Source of the DNA: Chloroflexota bacterium
GTDB lineage: Bacteria; Chloroflexota; UBA11872; VXOZ01
DNA length: 64,000 nt
Direction of reading: 5' to 3'
Assembly: GCA_963662335.2 (NCBI GenBank)
Contig: CAXXVD010000001.1
Coordinates: forward strand, 256,001 to 320,000
Position numbers and translations under genes: made by a program
Notes under the pieces: model-generated
The model's input: the letters and a program-made list of their open reading frames with translations, nothing else
The model's database searches: none
What the model was told of the DNA's origin: nothing
Shown here: piece after piece, positions 29,249-36,657 of the stretch
How the letters are laid out: every line of letters starts with the position of its first letter
How positions within the stretch are numbered: position 1 is the first letter of the stretch

Positions 29249-30722
29249 CTGACGTTTCCACGTCTTCTACTAGTCGCGACGCCAGTTCGTTGGCGACGTT
29301 GTTGATACTATCGATAGTCTCGTCGAAGACCGGCATGTCGATGCCAAATGTATCCACTTCGCATTCGCGCAGCGTGCTGTCTTCAGCAACGTATGCCCGT
29401 ACAGTCTCTGGTGCAAGGAATTCGTCATCCTGATACTTTAGCCTCTTGACAACATCCCCTTTCTTTGGAAAGGAGTTGCTGAGCATAATGAGGTTGTTAA
29501 ACTCCTTAATGAGATAGTCACTGTGTGTCGTGATCAAGACTTTCAAGCCGGCACGCACGCAGCGTGCGAGCAGCCGAGCTAGCTGAATCTGGTTCGCTGT
29601 GTCGAGATGACTTTCCGGTTCATCTATGATGAGTAGATGGTTCTTCTGCGCAATGTGCCTAAGAAAGAAGTACAGGTCAGAAAGTCCGCGAGACGACGAC
29701 GACGCGCGATGCAAGGGTATTGTAAAGCGCCGACTCTTGCGCGCCTTGGAGATGAAACGTGTGCCATCGTCGGATGCCCTATAGTAGCCCTCCATCATAT
29801 CCTTAATGAAGTCGAACAGTTTTTCTTCGTAGAGTTCGCTCCTCTGATTCAGGAAATCGGGAATGCTTCTGGTGTAGTCAATGTTGTCCTTAATGGGCAG
29901 CGCATATCGGCTTGTCGTGCGGTCAATTATGAAGAATGGCGAGTACCGCTCACTATTCTTGTCGTCTCCCATCTGCTGCAACAATTCCACGAGCTTATTC
30001 TTGGTGAAGTCAAGCTCCCTGTAGAATAGCGAAATGCCAAAGCGCTCTGCGGAGAGCACGAACGGCTCATAGGAAAGTTCAGGAAGCAGAAACTGAAGGT
30101 AGAGGTGGGCGAGGTCTGTTCTGCTCTGAGCAGTTTCTTCAGGTCGTTTCTTGGCCGACCCTCTAGCCATAACTACATCGTTGCCATCGTATCCTATCGA
30201 AGTTACATCGCCTGTCGGGCTAGTAAAGCTAAGCACTCTTTCGCCGGCGGGAAACCCATCGGTCAACTCTATTTCAATCAATGCTTCTTTGAAGTCGTCC
30301 TGGGAAGCGCTAAGTGTGTCTGCTAGGGCTATCTCAGAAAAGGCGCTGGCCAAGAATTGAGCAGTTGCTCTCCTGACATCATCAAGTGTCCTTCGATTCA
30401 CCGCACGCTTGGCAATACCCTCTTCTATCGCATCCCCGGCAAGCCCTAGTCTGTAGAAATACGCCTCATCTGTTGCTTGGGGGTCTTTTCCGTTTTCGCC
30501 GGTGTCTTCATCGTCACCGAATAGGAAATTCTCAGTATACGGCCACCACTTCCACATCTTTAGGAATCCATACAGCGTATACACCAAATAGGTCTTGCCG
30601 GTATTGTTGTGACCGGCAATCACCGTAAGATCGCCCAATTGCAATTCAGCCTCATCTATGGGGCCAATGTTTCGAAAGCGAAACTTCGCCCGGCTCGACG
30701 GCGGCTCATTGATTGATGACAT
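29235..30722 (-). CDS. AAA_15/AAA_21 ABC-type ATPase (PARIS/Septu/OLD-like class)
   Basis: FRNIGPI, Walker A GHNNTGKT, divergent signature ASSSSRGL, Walker B LLIIDEPE, H-loop ITTHS; no TM helices. Confidence 0.88.
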   Translation of the reverse strand: MSSINEPPSSRAKFRFRNIGPIDEAELQLGDLTVIAGHNNTGKTYLVYTLYGFLKMWKWWPYTENFLFGDDEDTGENGKDPQATDEAYFYRLGLAGDAIEEGIAKRAVNRRTLDDVRRATAQFLASAFSEIALADTLSASQDDFKEALIEIELTDGFPAGERVLSFTSPTGDVTSIGYDGNDVVMARGSAKKRPEETAQSRTDLAHLYLQFLLPELSYEPFVLSAERFGISLFYRELDFTKNKLVELLQQMGDDKNSERYSPFFIIDRTTSRYALPIKDNIDYTRSIPDFLNQRSELYEEKLFDFIKDMMEGYYRASDDGTRFISKARKSRRFTIPLHRASSSSRGLSDLYFFLRHIAQKNHLLIIDEPESHLDTANQIQLARLLARCVRAGLKVLITTHSDYLIKEFNNLIMLSNSFPKKGDVVKRLKYQDDEFLAPETVRAYVAEDSTLRECEVDTFGIDMPVFDETIDSINNVANELASRLVEDVETSDVAE

Positions 30723-30827
30723 TGTGCTTTCTCTTGCCGGTCTACAACGCTCCAAGTAGAGCGAAGATTTCCGTACTCAATGCTCTTTCCGCCGTTAACA
30801 CAGCTAAATCCTAACGCTTGAGCGTTC

Positions 30828-31271
30828 TTACCGCGCGGCGGCTTCCTTATTCAACCGCGTGAAGAACTGCTTCATCAGCAGTTTGGCCGCTTGGAGCATC
30901 AGGCGTTGGCCCACGCGGGCCAGGGTGCCGCCGGCTTGGCCTTCGCCTTGCACGTGGATGGTGGTGACGCCCGCTTTCTTTTCGGTAAGGGCAAAGGCGC
31001 CCTCGCCTTTCACGAAGCCCGGGCCGCCGCTGCCCTCCACGATCATGCGGTAGCCGTTTGGCGGATCGCGGTCCGCCACCGCCACCGTGCCCTGGTAGCG
31101 TCCTTTGATGCCGGCCACACCCACGTTCAGAGTCGCCGCGTAGGTATCCGCGCCGGTCGGTTCCAGCTTCTCGCAGCCGGGAATGCACGCCGCCAGCACG
31201 TCCGGGTCTTGCAGCAACTCCCAGACGCGGTCTTGCCCCGCCTTGATCGTAAACGTGCCTTCTACCTTCAT
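30828..31271 (-). CDS. coxG: CoxG/SRPBCC family protein
   Basis: VWELLQDPDVLAACIPGCE, GGTLARVGQRL; divergent from coxS. Confidence 0.88.
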   Translation of the reverse strand: MKVEGTFTIKAGQDRVWELLQDPDVLAACIPGCEKLEPTGADTYAATLNVGVAGIKGRYQGTVAVADRDPPNGYRMIVEGSGGPGFVKGEGAFALTEKKAGVTTIHVQGEGQAGGTLARVGQRLMLQAAKLLMKQFFTRLNKEAAAR

Positions 31272-31440
31272 GCGCCGTTCCCTTGCTCGGAATGCGTGGC
31301 TGTCAGTTTCTCCAATGATACCGCCAATGCCGGTCGGCATTCCAATCAGCGGTACCCCGGCAGCCGTTCACGAGTATTGGTTTGGCGATGGCGCTCATAT
31401 CGGAACTCGCCCTACCGATCATATTCCGCGATGCTCGCCC

Positions 31441-31477
31441 AACCGTTCACGCTTCGACAGGCTCAGGGCGAACGGTT
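31441..31477. repeat. REP-like palindrome, CTTCGACAGGCTCAGGGCGAACGG family
   Basis: aaccgttc...gaacggtt hairpin; a related inverted pair is at 44327-44438. Confidence 0.75.
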
Positions 31478-31503
31478 GGCGGGCGCTCCTGGGAACACAC
31501 GGT

Positions 31504-31654
31504 GGGCTGCTGCGGGATAGATGGGCTGCTGCGGGATAGGTGGGTTCTTGCGGGATAGGCGGGCTGTTGCGGGATAGGCGGGCTGTTGCGGGATAGGTGG
31601 GCCGCGGCGGGATAGGCGGGCCGCTGCGGGACTTGGCGGGCTGTTGCGGGATAG
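31504..31654 (+). repeat. Tandem array of 8 x about 19 bp (GGGCTGYTGCGGGATAGGY)
   Basis: Units read directly; no spacers; lies in the coxG-coxS intergenic region. Confidence 0.92.
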
Positions 31655-31785
31655 AAGCCAAGCAAACTCAACTCTTGGACAGTCCCGCGTGTGCAATTGA
31701 AACGCACTTGGTATACTAGTCCCATAAATTGGCGCATCGTGCTTATCTGCGCGCCCACGCGCGCATTGCAAAAGGGGGTAGCAGT

Positions 31786-32262
31786 ATGCCCAATGAAATC
31801 ACGGTAACGGTGAACGGCGCCCGCCACACGAGCAGCGTCGAGCCGCGCACGTTGCTGGCGCACTACCTGCGTGACGAGCTCGGTCTCACCGGCACGCACG
31901 TGGGCTGCGACACCAGTCAATGCGGCGCGTGCACGGTGGTGGTGGACGGCGCCGCGGTCAAGTCCTGCACCATGCTGGCCGTGCAGGCCGACGGCAGCGA
32001 GGTGGTCACGATCGAAGGCCTGGCGCAGGATGGCGAACTCCATCCGGTGCAGGAGGGCTTCTGGGAAGAGCACGGCTTGCAGTGCGGCTTCTGCACGCCG
32101 GGCATCATCATGACCCTGCATCAGGTCCTGGAAGAACAGCCGGACCCCAGCGAGCAGGAAATCCGCCACTCGCTGGCCGGCAACATCTGCCGCTGCACCG
32201 GCTACCAGAACATCGTGAAGGCGGCCCAGTATGCCGCCCAGCGCATGCAGGAGCAGGCGTAG
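31786..32262 (+). CDS. coxS: (2Fe-2S) small subunit, CoxS/CutS-like
   Basis: [28 protein letters not shown]. Confidence 0.93.
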   Translation: MPNEITVTVNGARHTSSVEPRTLLAHYLRDELGLTGTHVGCDTSQCGACTVVVDGAAVKSCTMLAVQADGSEVVTIEGLAQDGELHPVQEGFWEEHGLQCGFCTPGIIMTLHQVLEEQPDPSEQEIRHSLAGNICRCTGYQNIVKAAQYAAQRMQEQA

Positions 32263-32463
32263 CGCGCGGCCCACGCAATGCCCGTTGCACGACCGCAGGA
32301 GCATTGCACGTTAGCAAACAAGCGAGTCTCTAACCAATAGGGCCTTCGCCAATGCAGACCGCAAGCGCTAAGACTCCGTCCACATCTTGAGCGAGTCTTA
32401 CGCGAAAGCGGCCTAAAGTGAAGCGGCAAAGGCCGGGTGCGTACTCAGGAAAGGAGCGAAGCG

Positions 32464-34845
32464 ATGGTCGCGGGCCAGATATCGAAATTGATCGGTTCGC
32501 GCGTGAAGCGCAAGGAGGATCCTCGCCTCATCACCGGCGAGGGCAAGTACACCGACGACGTCATCCTGCCGAACATGGCGTACTTCGCGGTGCTGCGCAG
32601 TCCCTACGCCCATGCGCGCATTAATAGCATTGACACGGCGCAGGCGGCGGCACACCCCGACGTGTTGGGCGTCATGACCGGCGCGGAAGTCAACGAGCGC
32701 TGCAGCGAGCCGTTCCCGCTCTTTGCAATTCTGGACGACATGAAGTATCCGGAACGCTGGCCGATGGCGGCGGCGAAAGTCACCTACGTCGGCGAGCCGG
32801 TGGCGGCCGTGGCCGCTTCCTCGCGGGCGGCCGCCCGGGACGCGCTCGACCTGATCGATGTCGACTACGAGCCGCTGCCGGTGGTGACGGACATGGAGAC
32901 GGCGGCGGACGCGGGCCAGCCCCTCATCCACGAGGAACTCGGCACCAATCTCTGCTACGAGGCCGCCGACCAGGCCGGCGACCCCGACCGCGCCTTTGCC
33001 GAGGCCGACGGCGTGGTGGAAGCCCGGCTGGAGCAGCCCCGCCTCATTCCCAATCCCATGGAGACCCGGGCGGCGGTGGCCGACTACGAGCGCAGCAGCG
33101 GCAACGCCACCTTGTGGGTCACCACGCAGAATCCGCACATCGAGCGCATGGTCGCGGCCCGCATGTTGGGCATGCCGGAGAACAAGCTGCGCGTGATCGC
33201 CATCGACGTGGGCGGCGGCTTTGGCTGCAAGATCAACACCTATTCCGAGTCCATCATTGCCATCGCGCTGGCGGAGCGCATCGGCCGTCCCGTGAAGTGG
33301 GCGGAAGACCGCACCGAGCACTTCGTCTCCACCAGCCACGGCCGGGGCCAGGCGCAGTACGTGGAAGCCGCCTACAAGAAAGACGGCACGCTGCTGGGCA
33401 TGAAGCTGAAGATCTACGCCGACCTGGGGGCGTACGCGCAGGTCATCTCCCACGTCATTCCCACGCTCACGCCCTCGCTCTCGCCGGGCGTCTACGGCAT
33501 TCGCGACATCGGCTGGACGACGATCGGCGTCTACACCAACAAGATTCCCTACGACGCCTATCGCGGCGCGGGACGGCCGGAAGCGGCCTACATCATCGAG
33601 CGGGTGATGGACTTGATTGCCGACGCCACCGGCAAAGACCCGGTGGCGGTGCGGCGCAAGAACTTCATCCCCAAGGACGCGTTCCCCTACGAAACGCCCA
33701 CCGGCATGGAGTACGACTCCGCCGACTACGACGCGGCCCTGGACAAAGCGCTGGCGATCGCCGACTACGACGGCCTGCGCGCCGAGCAAAAGGCGCAGCG
33801 CAAGGCCGGCAACCTCATGGGCATTGGCGTGACCGTCACCACTGAGGTCTGCGGGTTCGGCCCCGCCGCCGCCATGGGCGGTTTGGGCGGCTTCGAGAGC
33901 GCTACCGTGCGCGTGGACCCCATGGGCAAAGTGACGGTCCTTACCGGCGCGTCGCCTCACGGGCAAGGCGAAGAAACGTCTTTTGCGCAAATCGTAGCCG
34001 ACGATCTCGGCGTGCCGTTCGAGGACGTGGAGATCATCCATGGCGATACGAGCATCGTCGCGCGGGGCGTCGGCACCTTTGGCAGCCGCACGTTGGTGGT
34101 CGGCGGCACGGCCATTCTCAAGGCCAACGAACAGATCAAGGACAAGGCAAAGCGCATCGCCACGGCGCTCCTGGAAGACAAGATTGGCGATACGCTCGCG
34201 CCGCAATCCATTACGCTGGAAGACGGCCTGTTTGCCGTGCAGGACATGCCCGACCAGTACGTGACCTGGGCCGAGGTGGGTTCCGAAGCCTACGACGGCC
34301 AGTTGCTGCCGGAAGACGAGCAACCCGGCCTGGAGGCGGTATCCTTCTGGGAGCCGCCGGGGCTCACGTTCCCTTTCAGCGCGCACATCGCCGTGGTTGA
34401 AATCGACCAGGATACCGGCGAGGTCAGCTTGAAGCGGTACGTTTCCGTGGACGACTGCGGCACGGTGATCAACCCCACGCTCGTGGAGGGGCAGATCCAC
34501 GGCGGCCTGGCGCAGGGCATCGGCCAGGCGCTGCTGGAGCAGGCGGTCTGGGACGACGAAGGCCAGCTTGTGTCCGGTTCGCTCATGGACTACGCCATGC
34601 CGTTCGCCCAGGAATTCCCCATGTTCGAACTTGACCGCACGGTGACGCCGAGCCCGGTCAACCCGCTGGGCGCGAAGGGTATTGGCGAAATGGCGACCAT
34701 CTCCGCCACGCCAACGGTCGCCAACGCGGTGGTGGATGCGCTCTCGCACCTGGGCGTGACCCACGTGGACATCCCCATGACCGGCGAGCGCATTTGGCGC
34801 GTGCTGCAGAAACATGGCCGTAGACGGCGAGGAGGCCGCTCATGA
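32464..34845 (+). CDS. Molybdopterin large subunit, form II CoxL-like
   Basis: RKEDPRLITG, VGGGFGCK, active-site AYRGAGRPE (form II, not AYxCSFR), PHGQGEET, GAKGIGE. Confidence 0.92.
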   Translation: MVAGQISKLIGSRVKRKEDPRLITGEGKYTDDVILPNMAYFAVLRSPYAHARINSIDTAQAAAHPDVLGVMTGAEVNERCSEPFPLFAILDDMKYPERWPMAAAKVTYVGEPVAAVAASSRAAARDALDLIDVDYEPLPVVTDMETAADAGQPLIHEELGTNLCYEAADQAGDPDRAFAEADGVVEARLEQPRLIPNPMETRAAVADYERSSGNATLWVTTQNPHIERMVAARMLGMPENKLRVIAIDVGGGFGCKINTYSESIIAIALAERIGRPVKWAEDRTEHFVSTSHGRGQAQYVEAAYKKDGTLLGMKLKIYADLGAYAQVISHVIPTLTPSLSPGVYGIRDIGWTTIGVYTNKIPYDAYRGAGRPEAAYIIERVMDLIADATGKDPVAVRRKNFIPKDAFPYETPTGMEYDSADYDAALDKALAIADYDGLRAEQKAQRKAGNLMGIGVTVTTEVCGFGPAAAMGGLGGFESATVRVDPMGKVTVLTGASPHGQGEETSFAQIVADDLGVPFEDVEIIHGDTSIVARGVGTFGSRTLVVGGTAILKANEQIKDKAKRIATALLEDKIGDTLAPQSITLEDGLFAVQDMPDQYVTWAEVGSEAYDGQLLPEDEQPGLEAVSFWEPPGLTFPFSAHIAVVEIDQDTGEVSLKRYVSVDDCGTVINPTLVEGQIHGGLAQGIGQALLEQAVWDDEGQLVSGSLMDYAMPFAQEFPMFELDRTVTPSPVNPLGAKGIGEMATISATPTVANAVVDALSHLGVTHVDIPMTGERIWRVLQKHGRRRRGGRS

Positions 34846-35714
34846 TCCCCCAAGCGTTTGATTACTACGCGCCCACGTCTGTTGCCGACGCCCTGCGGCT
34901 GCTGCGGCAGCACGGGGACGAGGCGAAACTGCTGGCCGGCGGCCACAGCCTGCTGCCCATCATGAAACTGCGGCTGAGCACGCCGGAGTGTCTGATCGAC
35001 TTGGGCAGGATTGAGGAACTGCGCTTCATCAACGAGGCCGACGACGGCTCTCTGGCGATTGGCGCCATGTCCACGTACCACGACATCAAGAATTCGGCGC
35101 TCGTGCAGACGCGCGTGCCCGCGCTGGCGGCAGCCGCCGGTGAGGTGGGCGACGTGCAGGTGCAGAACAAGGGCACCATCGGCGGCAGCCTGGCCCACGC
35201 CGATCCGGCGGGAGACTTCCCCGCTCTGGCGCTGGCGCTGAACTTCGAGCTTGTCACCGCGACGGCCCGTTCCGGCCGCACCATCGCTATCGACCGCTTT
35301 TTCCGCGACCTCCTGACTACGGCCCTGCGGCCCAACGAGATTCTGACCGAAGTCCACGTTCCCGCGTTACCGCCTCGCACCGGCGTTTCCTACCAGAAAC
35401 TGCCGAACAAGGCCTCCCACTACGCCGTGGTGGGCGTGGCCGCGTCTATCACGCTGGATGACTCCGGCGTGTGCACGGAAGCGCGTATCGGCGTGACCGG
35501 CGCCGGCCCCAAAGCCGTCCGCGCGCGCAGCACCGAGCGCATCCTGAAAGGCAAGCACGTCGACGCCGCCGTCATCCGCCGCGCCGCCAAACGCGCCGCC
35601 GCCAACGTCGAGGACTTCAACGACGACCTCCACGCCTCGGCGGAGTACCGCGAGCACCTGACGACGGTGTTTGCCGAGAGGGCAATTGAGGAAGCCTTAT
35701 CGCGGGCCGGATAG
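34842..35714 (+). CDS. coxM: FAD-binding medium subunit, CoxM/CutM-like
   Basis: LAGGHSLLPIMKLR, GTIGGSLAHADPAGD; ATGA overlap with the large subunit. Confidence 0.92.
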   Translation: MIPQAFDYYAPTSVADALRLLRQHGDEAKLLAGGHSLLPIMKLRLSTPECLIDLGRIEELRFINEADDGSLAIGAMSTYHDIKNSALVQTRVPALAAAAGEVGDVQVQNKGTIGGSLAHADPAGDFPALALALNFELVTATARSGRTIAIDRFFRDLLTTALRPNEILTEVHVPALPPRTGVSYQKLPNKASHYAVVGVAASITLDDSGVCTEARIGVTGAGPKAVRARSTERILKGKHVDAAVIRRAAKRAAANVEDFNDDLHASAEYREHLTTVFAERAIEEALSRAG

Positions 35715-35791
35715 CGGCAGTTGCACCTGAGCGGGGCGGTCTTCGCCAGCCGGATCGCGTTGCAGACTCCATGACGCGAAATGACGAATGG

Positions 35792-35819
35792 GTAGGGGCA
35801 CGATATATCGTGCCCCTAC
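35792..35819. repeat. GTAG-type REP, perfect palindrome gtaggggcacgatatatcgtgcccctac
   Basis: 28-bp perfect inverted repeat with GTAG/CTAC ends. Confidence 0.85.
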
Positions 35820-35834
35820 GTTTGTGAATCTACT

Positions 35835-36563
35835 ATTTCAGCAAAGCCCGTACTCGTCTCGTGGTCATCGGGTAAGGATTCGGCGTGGGCGTTGCACGTG
35901 CTGCGTCAGCAGCCTGAGCGGTACGACGTGCGCGGTATTTTCACCACCGTGACGCCGCACTTCGACCGCGTGGCGATACAGGCCACGCCGGTTTCGGTGC
36001 TCCGCGTGCAGGCCGAGCGGTTGGGCTTGCCGTTGTACGAGATTCCCATTCCGTATCCGTGTTCCAATGAAGAGTATGAGGCGGCTATGGCGCAGTTCCT
36101 CGATATGGTGCGTGACTTGCCGCCGCGCTTGACAGCCAAGACCTTTGCCTTTGGCGATCTCTTCCTGGAGGACATTCGCGCGTACCGGGAGTCGAAGCTG
36201 GCGGGCACGGGTTTTCACGCCATCTTTCCGGTCTGGGGCCTGCCGACGGCGGAGTTGGCACAGACCATGTTGCGCTCCGGGCTAAGAGCCATCGTCACGG
36301 CGGTGAGCCCGACCTCCAAGCTCGACCGCAGCTTTGCCGGGCGTTGGTTCGACCAGTCATTCTTAGACGATCTGCCCGATGGGACGGACCCACTCGGAGA
36401 AAACGGCGAGTTTCACACCTGCGTCGTGGCCGGCCCCATGCTCAGCCGGCCGATTGCCGCGCGACCTGGTGAAATCGTCGGCCGGCCGGTCGGCCGCAAC
36501 CACGACGGCACCGTCGGCACGGTCACCGCTTGGTACGCGGACGTGGAATTGCTGAAAGAGTAG
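35835..36563 (+). CDS. PP-loop ATPase, DUF71/diphthamide-synthase-like (no canonical start codon)
   Basis: In-frame SAKPVLVSWSSGKDSAWAL lies upstream of the track start; FGDLFLEDIRAYRE and DPLGENGEFHT; only ATT (35835) or ATA (35805) are available as starts before the PP-loop. Confidence 0.75.
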   Translation: MSAKPVLVSWSSGKDSAWALHVLRQQPERYDVRGIFTTVTPHFDRVAIQATPVSVLRVQAERLGLPLYEIPIPYPCSNEEYEAAMAQFLDMVRDLPPRLTAKTFAFGDLFLEDIRAYRESKLAGTGFHAIFPVWGLPTAELAQTMLRSGLRAIVTAVSPTSKLDRSFAGRWFDQSFLDDLPDGTDPLGENGEFHTCVVAGPMLSRPIAARPGEIVGRPVGRNHDGTVGTVTAWYADVELLKE

Positions 36564-36657
36564 TGCATGTTGCCAGCGAGTGACGAAAAGACAAGGAAGC
36601 GAAGCTATCCGCTGAATGGACCGCCCACACGTCGCGTCGATACCTCCTGCATCACCA

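Noticed and set aside
31504-31654. CRISPR array
   Set aside because: Contiguous 19-bp units with no spacers and no cas genes.
32413-34815. 800-aa minus-strand ORF (likewise 50655-53693, 16071-17486, 20272-21915)
   Set aside because: Antisense shadows typical of high-GC3 genes; no protein motifs.
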